Source of the DNA: Armatimonadota bacterium
Lineage (GTDB): Bacteria > Armatimonadota > SYMT01
Direction of reading: 5' to 3'
DNA: 64,000 bases
NCBI GenBank assembly: GCA_041690135.1
Contig: JAWLHY010000001.1
Span: 928,001-992,000, forward strand
Positions 1-9,291 of this stretch are shown piece by piece. Numbering within the stretch: the stretch's first letter is position 1; each line of letters begins with the position of its first letter. A program made the position numbers and the translations under genes. Under the pieces are notes generated by a model. It made no database searches, was not told where the DNA came from, and saw only the letters and a program-made list of their open reading frames with translations.

Positions 1-362
1 AGAGCCCCCTGGTGAAGATGGACATCCTGATCAACGGCGACCCGGTGGACGCCCTGTCGTTCATCACCCACCGGGAGCGGGCCTACACCCGCGGCAAGCA
101 GCTCGTGGAGCGCCTTAAGGAGATCCTGCCGCGGCAGATGTTCGAGATCCGCATCCAGGCCGCCCTCGGCAGCAAGATCGTAGCCGCGGAACAGGTCCGC
201 GCCCTGCGTAAGGACGTGCTGGCCAAGTGCTACGGCGGCGACATCAGCCGGAAGCGCAAGCTGCTGGAAAAGCAGAAGGAAGGCAAGAAGCGGATGAAGT
301 CCATCGGCCGCGTCGAAATCCCGCAGGAGGCCTTCCTCTCCGTCCTCCGCGTTTCGGACTAG
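1..362 (+). CDS. lepA: Translation elongation factor 4 (LepA), C-terminal part; 5' end lies outside the window
   Basis: LepA C-terminal signature [31 protein letters not shown]...IPQEAF; frame open from the window start. Confidence 0.97.
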   Translation, partial: SPLVKMDILINGDPVDALSFITHRERAYTRGKQLVERLKEILPRQMFEIRIQAALGSKIVAAEQVRALRKDVLAKCYGGDISRKRKLLEKQKEGKKRMKSIGRVEIPQEAFLSVLRVSD

Positions 363-402
363 CCCCCGCGCCGCTTGCGGCTGAACGTGATTCAGGTGTA
401 CC

Positions 403-1185
403 ATGGCGTCCATGAATGGACGTGTTGCACTGGTGACGGGCGCGGGCAGCGGGATCGGCCGCGCGACGGCGGAGGCGCTGGCGGAAGCCGGGGCCGCAGT
501 TGCCGTTTCGGATTTGAATGAGGCCACGGCCGCAGCGGTGGCTGACGGCATCCTCACGCAAGGCGGCCGCGCAATCGCACTGGCGGGCGACGTCTCCCGG
601 CGGGAGGATGCCCGCCGCTGGGTCGAAACCACGCAGCGGCAGTTCGGGCGTCTCGACGTGCTGGTCAACAACGCGGGTCTCCAGCACGTGTCCCCGGTCC
701 ACGAGTTCGATGAGGACCGCTGGGATCAGCTCATCGGCGTGATGCTCACGGGAGCGTTCCTCACGACCCGTTACGCACTTCCTGGGATGCTGGAGCGCGG
801 CTGGGGGCGCATCATCAACCTGGGCTCCATCCATTCCCTGGTGGCCTCTCGCTACAAGTCGGCGTACGTGGCAGCCAAGTTCGGGCTGCTGGGGCTCACC
901 AAAACGGTGGCCCTGGAAACCGCCGGCACCGGAGTAACGGTCAACTGCGTTTGTCCCGCCTACGTCCGCACACCGCTCATCGAGAATCAGGTGCCCCTGC
1001 TGGCGCAGAAGCACGGCATTCCGGAGGACGAGGTCATCCGCACGATCATCCTGCCGAACTGCCCGCTGGGTCGCCTGCTGGAGCCGCGGGAGGTAGCCGA
1101 AACCCTCCTCTATCTCTGCAGCGACGCGGCCGCCGGAATGACCGGTGCAGCCCTCCCCCTCGACGGCGGCTGGACCGCCCAGTGA
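403..1185 (+). CDS. 3-hydroxybutyrate dehydrogenase-like SDR
   Basis: TGAGSGIG, NNAGLQHV, HSLVAS..KSAYVAAKFG and CPAYVRTPL, typical of the BdhA-type SDR subfamily. Confidence 0.85.
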   Translation: MASMNGRVALVTGAGSGIGRATAEALAEAGAAVAVSDLNEATAAAVADGILTQGGRAIALAGDVSRREDARRWVETTQRQFGRLDVLVNNAGLQHVSPVHEFDEDRWDQLIGVMLTGAFLTTRYALPGMLERGWGRIINLGSIHSLVASRYKSAYVAAKFGLLGLTKTVALETAGTGVTVNCVCPAYVRTPLIENQVPLLAQKHGIPEDEVIRTIILPNCPLGRLLEPREVAETLLYLCSDAAAGMTGAALPLDGGWTAQ

Positions 1186-1258
1186 CGAGGTTAGGGATAA
1201 GGATGGAGATGAAGATGGAGATGTGGACAACGATAAGGATCAGGAGAGCGGAACCGAA

Positions 1259-2545
1259 TTGAGTTCCTCACTCATCCAGCTTGGGGGGGGACCTTCGGTG
1301 GCCGCCACTCGCGCCCATTCGCGAGCATTCGCGGATGGAACCGCCGCGCGCGCTCCGCTGGCGCTGTACGTGCACATTCCGTTCTGCGTGCGGAAGTGCT
1401 ACTACTGCGACTTCAACTCCGGCCCCGCCTCGGAAGCGATCCGCAACCAGTTCGTGGATGCCGTCGTCGCGGAGATCCGCACCTCTCCCTGGAAGGGTTC
1501 GCCCGCCCGCACCGTCTTCTTCGGCGGCGGCACCCCGTCGGAGTTGAACACGGCCCAACTTGCTCGCATCACCACCGCCCTCCGCGAAACCTTCGCCTTC
1601 TCCGGACAGCCGAAATCCCTTGCCTCGACCCTACCTCCACACTCCCCTACCTCTACACCTCCACACCCGGAGCCGGAGTGGACCATCGAGTGCAACCCGG
1701 GCACGGTGTCGCTGGAGTCGCTGCGGGCGATGCGGGAAATGGGCTTCAACCGGATCAGCCTGGGGGTGCAGACGTTCCAAGACCATCACCTGAAAGCGCT
1801 CGGCCGGATCCACACCGCGGCGGAAGCGGCCGAGGCGGTGACCGCGGCCCGATCTGCGGGGTTCCACCGGTTGAACGTCGACCTCATCTTCTGCCTGCCG
1901 GGGCAGACGTTCGAAGAATGGAAGAGCGACCTCGAAGCGGCCTTCGCCCTGGAGCCGGAGCACCTTTCGCTGTATAACCTGACCATTGAGGAGAACACGG
2001 AATTCGGGCGCAGACACCGCCTCGGAATCTTGTCTCTCCCTGATGAGGACCTCTCTGCCGACATGTACGAGTGGACGCTTGACCGATGCTCGGTCAAGGG
2101 CTTTGAACAGTACGAGGTTTCTAACTTCGCACGCGCCGGTGAAGAGTGCCGGCACAATCAGGTCTACTGGCGACAGGAGCCATTCATCGGTTTCGGTCCC
2201 AGCGCCGCGTCGTACTTCGACGGGGTCCGCTGGACCAATACCGGCAGCATGCAACGTTACCTCGCCACGGCGGCACACGACACGGGGCCCGAAAGGGCCA
2301 CGGAAGAGGAACTTCCCCCGGTCGAAGCCGCCGGCGAGACGATCATGCTGGGGCTCCGCACGCGCGAGGGAGTGGATTTCGAAGCAGTAGCCGCACGCTA
2401 CGGCCTCGACGCGGAACGGCAATACGGTGAGGTGACCCGCCAACTGGTTGAGGACGGCCTGGCCTATCGGGACGGCCGACATCTCAAGCTCACACGCCGA
2501 GGGATTCTCCTGGCCAATGCCGTTTGTGCCCAGTTCCTGACCTGA
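1259..2545 (+). CDS. hemW: Radical SAM heme chaperone HemW (HemN-like); start uncertain (TTG 1259 chosen)
   Basis: LYVHIPFCVRKCYYCDFNS, FFGGGTPS, YEVSNFA and HNQVYW (HNxxYW of HemW); lies downstream of lepA. Confidence 0.9.
   Translation: MSSSLIQLGGGPSVAATRAHSRAFADGTAARAPLALYVHIPFCVRKCYYCDFNSGPASEAIRNQFVDAVVAEIRTSPWKGSPARTVFFGGGTPSELNTAQLARITTALRETFAFSGQPKSLASTLPPHSPTSTPPHPEPEWTIECNPGTVSLESLRAMREMGFNRISLGVQTFQDHHLKALGRIHTAAEAAEAVTAARSAGFHRLNVDLIFCLPGQTFEEWKSDLEAAFALEPEHLSLYNLTIEENTEFGRRHRLGILSLPDEDLSADMYEWTLDRCSVKGFEQYEVSNFARAGEECRHNQVYWRQEPFIGFGPSAASYFDGVRWTNTGSMQRYLATAAHDTGPERATEEELPPVEAAGETIMLGLRTREGVDFEAVAARYGLDAERQYGEVTRQLVEDGLAYRDGRHLKLTRRGILLANAVCAQFLT
1631..1667 (+). repeat. Degenerate 8-mer tandem repeat inside hemW
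   Basis: ctacctcc acactccc ctacctct acacctcc acacc, encoding LPPHSPTSTPPH. Confidence 0.6.
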
Positions 2546-2574
2546 GCGATCGGGCGAAGATGGAAAGGCACTCC

Positions 2575-3750
2575 ATGAGCCAAACAAGAGAAGACAACCT
2601 GTCGTCCGTGGGACGGACCGCGCTGGGCCTGGTGGTGCTGGGGTTCTCCAGCGCCCTCTTCGGTGCCCTGGTCGTCGGGCCGCGGTTGGGTGAGCAGTTG
2701 GTACCCGCCGCGTCGGCCCTCGAGAAGCGCCCCGTTTCCGGTCCACAACCGGCCGCCTCCGACGAAACGGCCGGTGTCGCACAAGAGGGTGGTGAGCAAC
2801 TTGCTTCCGTGGATGTCGCGGAGCGGGACGCCCCTCCCGGAATCAGTACCTCCGATACCACAGAGGTTGCGACCGGCGACCCCGCGCAGGAGCCGGCCGG
2901 TCCCGATGCCGATCCCGACCAGGGAATACCTGGGGCGGCGGATGCGGATCCCAAAACAAACGCAAACGGTGTTACGGCGCTTCCCGCGGCATTGCCCGGT
3001 GCTCCGGGGGCTTCCCGTGTTGCCGCCGAAGTCGCCCCGCCGCAGCCGGCGGTTGCTGCCGACGATACCGACCGGCTCGCGGCCGAACGGGAACGGGAAG
3101 CTGCCCGAGAGCGAGAGGCGGAAGCCCAACGTCTGAAGGAAGCGGCAGCCCGTAGCAGGCGTGAGGCTGAAGAGCGTCGGCAGCGAGCGGCCGAGTTGGC
3201 GCGCCAGGAACGGGAGCGGCGGCAGGCTGAGGAGCGAGAACGGGAGCGGGCAGCGGAACGCGAACGCGAAGCCCAGGCCAAAGAGCGCGAGCGCGAACAG
3301 CGTCTCGCCGCGGAGCGCGAACGTCGCGAGGAAGAGCAGCGCCGGGAAGCCGCACGTAAGCCGAGGAGCCAGGGACCCCGGCGCGCTGCGGCTGATGCCG
3401 ATCGCAAGCCGCAGCGGCAAGCGATCCGCCCGTCCGCGACGGACCCTGCCGAGCGGAAAGCAGCGGTCAGCCCCCGCGCCTCGTCGGCGGCCCTCCCGGT
3501 GATCCGTCCGGAAGTGGCCGAGGACCAGGGTGTGTTCAAAGTCCGGGTGGGACGGTTCAAGTCCCGCGAGGAAGCGGAGAAAGCACGAGACGCGCTGAAC
3601 CGCAGTGCCGGGAAAGAGGCCTTCCTGGTGCGGGACGGTGAAACCTACCGTCTCCAGGTGGGAGCGTACAAAGACCGCGCTAACGCGGATAAATTAGCAG
3701 GAGAGTTGCAGGGCTCGGGGTCTCGTTCCGAGTCGGGCTCCGACCGCTAA
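2575..3750 (+). CDS. Membrane-anchored SPOR-domain protein (FtsN/DedD-like architecture) with an E/R-rich helical stalk
   Basis: N-terminal TM, low-complexity linker, ER-rich run, C-terminal FKVRVGRFKSREEA and YRLQVGAYKDRANA SPOR repeats; alternative start at 2560. Confidence 0.8.
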   Translation: MSQTREDNLSSVGRTALGLVVLGFSSALFGALVVGPRLGEQLVPAASALEKRPVSGPQPAASDETAGVAQEGGEQLASVDVAERDAPPGISTSDTTEVATGDPAQEPAGPDADPDQGIPGAADADPKTNANGVTALPAALPGAPGASRVAAEVAPPQPAVAADDTDRLAAEREREAAREREAEAQRLKEAAARSRREAEERRQRAAELARQERERRQAEERERERAAEREREAQAKEREREQRLAAERERREEEQRREAARKPRSQGPRRAAADADRKPQRQAIRPSATDPAERKAAVSPRASSAALPVIRPEVAEDQGVFKVRVGRFKSREEAEKARDALNRSAGKEAFLVRDGETYRLQVGAYKDRANADKLAGELQGSGSRSESGSDR

Positions 3751-3779
3751 AGGCAACTAACCAGAAGTAGAGTGAAGCG

Positions 3780-4259
3780 ATGAAACGCCCGGAAGCGCCC
3801 GCCCGCGACAGCAAGAAGATGGTCGCCGTCAACCGGCGGGCGCGCCATGAGTACGACATTACCGACACCGTGGAAGCCGGCCTGGTCCTGACCGGCACGG
3901 AGATCAAGTCCGTGCGGGCCGGAAAGGTCCAGCTTAACGATGCCTATGCGCGGATCGAGAATGGCGAGGCGTGGCTCCACGGAATGCACATTGCGCCGTA
4001 CGAGCACGGTCATCGGACCAACGTGGAGAGCGTCCGCAAGCGCAAGATGCTGCTTCACCGCCGTGAGATCGACCGCCTCTTCGGAAAAGCCCAGGAAAAG
4101 GGCCTGACCCTGGTGCCGCTTTCGGTCTATCTGCGCAACGGCTTCGCGAAAGTGGAGCTGGCGGTCGCGAAGGGACGAAAGCTCTATGACCGCCGCGACG
4201 CGATCGCCGACCGGGAAGCGCGGCGGGAACAAGAACGTGCCATGAGCGAGCGAAGATGA
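3780..4259 (+). CDS. smpB: SsrA-binding protein SmpB
   Basis: NRRARHEY, EAGLVLTGTEIKS, RKMLLHRREI, KGRKLYDRR. Confidence 0.98.
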   Translation: MKRPEAPARDSKKMVAVNRRARHEYDITDTVEAGLVLTGTEIKSVRAGKVQLNDAYARIENGEAWLHGMHIAPYEHGHRTNVESVRKRKMLLHRREIDRLFGKAQEKGLTLVPLSVYLRNGFAKVELAVAKGRKLYDRRDAIADREARREQERAMSERR

Positions 4260-5113
4260 ACAAGAACCAACGTTTCGGCGCGCACATGGGTACGTCCGGC
4301 GGCCTTCACAATGCCCTCACCGCGGGTCGCGATGTCGGCTGCGACGTGGTCCAGATTTTCACCAAGAGCCCCCAGCAGTGGAAGGCGAAGGAGATCACCG
4401 AGGACCAGATCTCTGCCTTCCTGCGTGCACAAGAGGAGACGGGAGTTCCTTGTGTCGCCTCGCACGACAGCTATCTCATCAATCCTGCCGCGGCCGATCC
4501 CGAGCTGCTGCAGAAGAGCCGTAACGCCCTGGTGGATGAGCTGGTCCGCAGTTCTCGCCTTCGGATCCCCTACGTGGTCATGCACCAGGGAGCCTGCGGG
4601 GATGCCTCCGAAGAGGAGTCATTGGGACGCCTGGCGGAGACGGTCCGCTATGTATTGGACCGCGCACCGGAGGACGGCAGTGTCCTGCTTCTGGAAACGA
4701 CCGCCGGCCAGGGTACCTGCCTGGGCGATCACCTGGAGCACCTGGCCTACGTCTTCAATGAAGTTGATGCCGGCGACCGTCTGGCGGTGTGCCTGGATAC
4801 CTGCCACATGTTCGCTGCCGGCTACGACTTACGCGACGCGGAGAGCTACGCCGCCACCATGGAACAGGTGGAGCGGTTGATCGGCTTCCACCGGATCAAG
4901 CTGATCCACGCCAACGACTCGGTGAAGGGGTTAGGCAGTCACGTGGACCGCCACGCCCATATCGGTCAGGGCGAGCTCGGCCTGGAGGCGTTCCGCCTCC
5001 TCCTCACGGATCCCCGGCTGGCCGAAGTCCCCGTGGTGCTCGAAACCCCTAAGAAAGACGAGATGGACCCGGTCAACCTGGCGGCTCTGCGTGCTGCGGC
5101 GGGAGTTGCCTGA
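4256..5113 (+). CDS. nfo: Endonuclease IV (AP endonuclease 2)
   Basis: GAHM, QIFTKSP, HDSYLIN, LLETTAGQG, CLDTCH, HANDS, DRHAHIG, LETP; ATGA overlap with smpB. Confidence 0.96.
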   Translation: MNKNQRFGAHMGTSGGLHNALTAGRDVGCDVVQIFTKSPQQWKAKEITEDQISAFLRAQEETGVPCVASHDSYLINPAAADPELLQKSRNALVDELVRSSRLRIPYVVMHQGACGDASEEESLGRLAETVRYVLDRAPEDGSVLLLETTAGQGTCLGDHLEHLAYVFNEVDAGDRLAVCLDTCHMFAAGYDLRDAESYAATMEQVERLIGFHRIKLIHANDSVKGLGSHVDRHAHIGQGELGLEAFRLLLTDPRLAEVPVVLETPKKDEMDPVNLAALRAAAGVA

Positions 5114-5143
5114 ACCAACCATCCAAATAAGCAATGCCCAGGA

Positions 5144-5612
5144 TCGTCATTGCGAAGGCCAGACGCTGTAGCGTGTTGCCAAGAGGCTGCCGCATCTGTG
5201 TAACGACCGCTCCCCTGACCAGGGGGCCTGCCACGTCGGGTAACGGGGTACGTGGTCAGCGTGGCTGTGCTCCGACCTGGCGACGGCTTGGGGTCTGTGA
5301 AGTCGGTGGGGTTCTACCCCTCCTCGCAGAGACAGTCGCGTGGCTTCTAAACAGACTATGCTCAAGGTCGTCATTGCGAAGCCAGCCAGGGCGCGGTTGG
5401 TGGGGAGAAACAGCTACTGCCTACTTCCAGCCTATGGTTGTACGCCGCCGCAATGCCGGCTGTGGCAATCCCCCTGGTGAATGGACCAGTTAACCGTCTA
5501 CGGAGTCTCCGGCTGGGATCGCGGCGCCGTTCCTGGCCAGTGCAGAGACCCATTTTGGCTGGTCTTGGGCAGCAGGCTGCCGCACCCGTGTAAGGACATC
5601 TCCCCTGACCAG
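5144..5612. repeat. Intergenic mosaic of direct repeats
   Basis: 39-bp direct repeat at 5184-5222 / 5574-5612 (5 mismatches); exact 14-bp repeat tcgtcattgcgaag at 5144-5157 / 5368-5381. Confidence 0.8.
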
Positions 5613-6092
5613 CTACGCGGCCAGGGGGAGTTCGTCCTCACCGATCAATTCCGGCAGGCGCATCTGCTGCGCGCCGAGGGCGGGAACTGTCAGCAACTTG
5701 CCGGCGAGCCAGTCCGCGAAGACCTGCGCTTCCTGCCACTTACCGATGCCCTCCGCCCGGTTCTTGCCGGTTAGCGCCAGGACCTCGCACTGGTGCATAC
5801 CGCGGCGGTCGCGTACCGCCAGGAACTCCTGGTAGATCGCCTCGATTCGCGCCACGGACTCGCGCGCCAACTCCACGTTCTTGAACCGCAGCACGCCGGC
5901 CAAGCGCGAAGCATAGCGGTTCTGCGGCCCTGTCGAGGTGTACAGGTCCACGTACTCCGGCGTGCACCCATGTTCGATCAGGGCGTTCGCCACGTAGCTC
6001 GGGTCCGTCTGCAGCAGCTCGGCGATGGCCTCGACCCGTAGACCCTTCTCGTGCATCCCCACCGCCAGCTCTTTCTTTGTCATCCTACTCAT
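5613..6092 (-). CDS. Hypothetical protein, possible N-terminal HTH; ends in -LAA
   Basis: 159-aa ORF with protein-like composition, IAELLQTDPSYVANAL resembles an HTH; AT-rich promoter-like DNA upstream (6100-6145). Confidence 0.7.
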   Translation of the reverse strand: MSRMTKKELAVGMHEKGLRVEAIAELLQTDPSYVANALIEHGCTPEYVDLYTSTGPQNRYASRLAGVLRFKNVELARESVARIEAIYQEFLAVRDRRGMHQCEVLALTGKNRAEGIGKWQEAQVFADWLAGKLLTVPALGAQQMRLPELIGEDELPLAA

Positions 6093-6145
6093 CTGTCGTT
6101 ACTCCCAATCCGACAGATGAATTATAGCAAATATCTGTTTGCTAA

Positions 6146-7096
6146 TCAATAGCCAAGGTCGAGGCGGTCGAGACAGCTCCGCAGGATTTCCGGCTCCCAT
6201 TCGGGGCGTTCCGGGCTGCGCGGATGGGTGCGAGAGGTCGCTATCCTTCCCTGGGCGTGCAGGAAGTAGGCTGCCGAATGCTTGTAGGCGGGCACCGGAG
6301 CGCGGAAGGCGACGTTGCCGAGATACTGGAGCGCTTCGGCCAACTCCATGTAGGCAGGATCCCCCGTTTCCCACATGCGATCCCGCTCGGCGAACTTCTC
6401 CGGGCAGAAAGTCGCCAGACCCAGCAGGTAGTCGCTTCCGTATTCGATCATGTCGATGCCGAGGTCGTTACCGGTGTAAACCCGGAACTCGGGCCGGTAC
6501 TCGTCACGCAGCTCCAGGCGCCGCAGCTCCACGAGTTTGCTCAGTGAGGAGTGCTTGGCGCCGACCAATTCCGGGATGTCCAGCATTCCACGGAACGTTT
6601 CCTCGTCCCAGATCTCGCCGTTGGGTGCGAACATCTTGCCCAGTTCGAAACCAATGACCGCCCCCTGTCCGCGGCAGATCTCCCGGTAGGCGGCTACTTT
6701 CTCCGCGGGCGAGAGGTGGTGCAGGCGCGAGGTTTGGAAGAGGATGGGAGTGCCGCCATACCGGTGGATTCGTTCGATCTCACGTCGGTAGAGATCGACG
6801 ACCTCCCCCTCTCGGCCCTCGATGAAGGCCCCGGCGACGAACTCGGTTCCGGATCCCAGTGCCTCCCGCGCCAGGGCCAGCACCTGCTCCTTCTCCGCGT
6901 CGGAGAGCAGGTTGGCGTAACCCGTGTCCATGTTCACGGCGTTAACGAGGCCGGCGGCGTGAGTTGCCTGGAGATGGCGCTGGAAGTCCTCCTCCGCGAT
7001 GTTCCCATCAGCCCGGTAGGGCAACAGGGCGGCCGCGATCCCGTGAATTTTGCGTCCGGGTCGTAAGCGTGAGTAGATCTTCTGCAGTCGGCTCAT
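6146..7096 (-). CDS. Dihydrodipicolinate synthase-like (class I aldolase) family protein
   Basis: AALLPY, AVNMDTGY, GAKHSS (Schiff-base Lys), YTGND, GSDYLLGL. Confidence 0.75.
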   Translation of the reverse strand: MSRLQKIYSRLRPGRKIHGIAAALLPYRADGNIAEEDFQRHLQATHAAGLVNAVNMDTGYANLLSDAEKEQVLALAREALGSGTEFVAGAFIEGREGEVVDLYRREIERIHRYGGTPILFQTSRLHHLSPAEKVAAYREICRGQGAVIGFELGKMFAPNGEIWDEETFRGMLDIPELVGAKHSSLSKLVELRRLELRDEYRPEFRVYTGNDLGIDMIEYGSDYLLGLATFCPEKFAERDRMWETGDPAYMELAEALQYLGNVAFRAPVPAYKHSAAYFLHAQGRIATSRTHPRSPERPEWEPEILRSCLDRLDLGY

Positions 7097-7228
7097 TTGT
7101 CTCTCCAGCGGGCTTCCGCACCATGCCAGCCCTTACTTGCCACCGTTACAGTGGGCCGTTATCCGGGGAAATTATAGTTCCCCGTCACCTTTTTCGGGCT
7201 GTGGGAATAATAGGACTGGAGGTGCGAG

Positions 7229-8491
7229 ATGGCGACAGAACGCGTACAGCTTCGGGGGCACATCATCGACTCGCTCTTGCTGCCGAAGGTGCTGGACGAG
7301 ATCGCGGCCCGCAGCGGCCGTTTCGAGCTGGAAGAGCTGGTAGTAGCCCAGCGGCGGGACGAGACGAGCCACGCGCGTATCCGCGTGGAAGCGGATAGCG
7401 AGGAGATTCTGACCGACATCCTCACCCGCATCCAGGAGCATGGCGCGGAACTGGTGGATGGGCGCGAGGCGACGCTCGTCGCGGCCCCGGCGGACGGCGT
7501 GTTTCCGGAGCAGTTCTTCGTCACCAGCAACCACCCCACCCAGGTGCGCTGCGGCAACCGCTGGCTACCGGTATCACCCGTGCGGATGGACTGCGGGGTG
7601 GTGGTCGACCCGGAGTCCGGTGTTGCGCGCGCCGCGAAGTTTGCGCAGGTGCGGAAGGGGGATCGGGTGGTCGTGGGCCATCACGGGATCCGGGTCCTGC
7701 CGCTGGAGAGGGCGACCCGCCGTTCGAGCAGTTTTGAATTCATGGCCAGTGAGGTGTCGGCGGAAAAGCCGAAGGCGGTCGCGATCCGCGCCGTGGCCGA
7801 GACGATGCGCGCTACTCGTGCCGCCGGCGAGAAGATCCTGCTGGTGGCAGGCCCGGCCGTGGTGCACACCGGGGCCTCGCCGCACGTGATGCGCCTGATC
7901 GAGATGGGCTACGTGGATGTTCTCTTCGCCGGGAATGCGCTCGCCGTGCACGACATTGAGCGCGCATTCTACGGCACGGCACTCGGGGTTCACCTGGAGT
8001 ACGGCACCCCGGTGGAAGCGGGACACCAGCACCACCTCCACGCCATCAACCGGATCCGCCATGCGGGCGGCATCCGACAGGCGGTGGAAACGGGCGTCCT
8101 CACGAGCGGTCTGATGCACGCTTGCGTCCGGCACGGGGTGGAATACGTTCTGGGCGGTAGTGTGCGGGATGATGGGCCGTTGCCTGAGGTGATTACGGAC
8201 GTAGTACAGGCGCAGTTGGCGATGGCGGAGAAGATCCACGGAGTGGGTTTTGCCCTGATGGTGGCCACGATGTTGCACAGTATTGCCGCGGGCAACCTGC
8301 TACCGGCTTCGTGCCGGATCGCGTGCGTCGATATCAACCCGAGTGTGGTTACGAAGCTGGCGGACCGGGGGAGCTTCCAGGCCGCGGGGATCGTTACGGA
8401 CGTAGAGCCGTTTTTCCATGAGCTTCTGACCTACCTCACCGACCTCACCGACCTCGCCGAACCCGTTGGAACGGAGAACCCGGATGCGTAG
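7229..8491 (+). CDS. TIGR00300-family protein (ornithine cyclodeaminase-type; matches the C-terminal part of cyanobacterial ArgZ/AgrE)
   Basis: GHIIDS, APADGVFPEQF, FEFMASEVSAEK, GPAVVHTG, GNALAVHDIE, GSVRDDGPLP, CVDINPSVVTKLADRGS. Confidence 0.88.
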   Translation: MATERVQLRGHIIDSLLLPKVLDEIAARSGRFELEELVVAQRRDETSHARIRVEADSEEILTDILTRIQEHGAELVDGREATLVAAPADGVFPEQFFVTSNHPTQVRCGNRWLPVSPVRMDCGVVVDPESGVARAAKFAQVRKGDRVVVGHHGIRVLPLERATRRSSSFEFMASEVSAEKPKAVAIRAVAETMRATRAAGEKILLVAGPAVVHTGASPHVMRLIEMGYVDVLFAGNALAVHDIERAFYGTALGVHLEYGTPVEAGHQHHLHAINRIRHAGGIRQAVETGVLTSGLMHACVRHGVEYVLGGSVRDDGPLPEVITDVVQAQLAMAEKIHGVGFALMVATMLHSIAAGNLLPASCRIACVDINPSVVTKLADRGSFQAAGIVTDVEPFFHELLTYLTDLTDLAEPVGTENPDA

Positions 8492-9281
8492 ACTGCTGAT
8501 GGTGGCGCCCACTTTCTACGGCGTCGAGTACGAGATTAACCCCTGGATGAGTCGCGCCAATCCGGCGTCACGGGAGGCGGCACAGGAGCAGTGGGAGGGT
8601 CTCTACCGCACCCTGTGCGAGGAGGTCGGCGCACAGGTGGAACTGGCGGAGCCGCAGCCGGGTCTGCCGGATATGGTCTTCACCGCCAATGCCGGCCTGG
8701 TGCGGGGTCGGCAGGCGCTGCTGAGTAACTTCCGGTACCAGGAACGCCAGGGCGAGGCGGCTCACTTCCGGGACTGGTTCGAGGCCCATCGGTTCGAGGT
8801 TGTTTGCCTCCCGTCGGAGCGGCTCTTCGAAGGAGAGGGGGATGCGCTCTTCCTCGGTGACACGCTCTTTGCCGGCTACCGCTGGCGCAGCGACGTTCAC
8901 GCGCACCGGATGATCGGCGAAACGCTAGGTGTTCGGGTGCTGTCGTTGGAACTGGCCCAGCCCCACTACTATCACCTCGACACCTGCTTCTGTCCCCTGG
9001 ACGACCGCACCGCGGCGTACTTTCCGGAGGCGTTCGACGAATACGGGCGGACCGTTATCCGCGCCAACGTGCCGGACCTGATCGAGGTGTGTCCGGAGGA
9101 GGCGGCTCGCTTTGGGTGCAACGCCGTCGTGCTGGAGAAGGACGTTGTACTGAATACGGGTTGTCCCCGGTTCGAAGGCGCCCTCCGGGATCGCGGGTTC
9201 GTCCCGCATTCTACGCCGCTGGATGAGTTCCTCAAGGCGGGCGGGGCCGCGAAGTGCCTCACCCTCTACCTGGACCGCTGA
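8484..9281 (+). CDS. Amidinotransferase/guanidino-modifying superfamily enzyme (arginine dihydrolase-like)
   Basis: YEINPWM, LPDMVFTANAG, FEGEGDA, YHLDTCFCPL, EFLKAGGAAKCLTL; overlaps the upstream stop. Confidence 0.88.
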   Translation: MRRLLMVAPTFYGVEYEINPWMSRANPASREAAQEQWEGLYRTLCEEVGAQVELAEPQPGLPDMVFTANAGLVRGRQALLSNFRYQERQGEAAHFRDWFEAHRFEVVCLPSERLFEGEGDALFLGDTLFAGYRWRSDVHAHRMIGETLGVRVLSLELAQPHYYHLDTCFCPLDDRTAAYFPEAFDEYGRTVIRANVPDLIEVCPEEAARFGCNAVVLEKDVVLNTGCPRFEGALRDRGFVPHSTPLDEFLKAGGAAKCLTLYLDR

Positions 9282-9291
9282 GCGGAAAGAC

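Noticed and set aside
5114-5612. tmRNA (ssrA) next to smpB
   Set aside because: No tRNA-like 5' end, T-loop or CCA end found on either strand.
5184-5612. CRISPR array
   Set aside because: Only two degenerate copies 390 bp apart and no cas genes.
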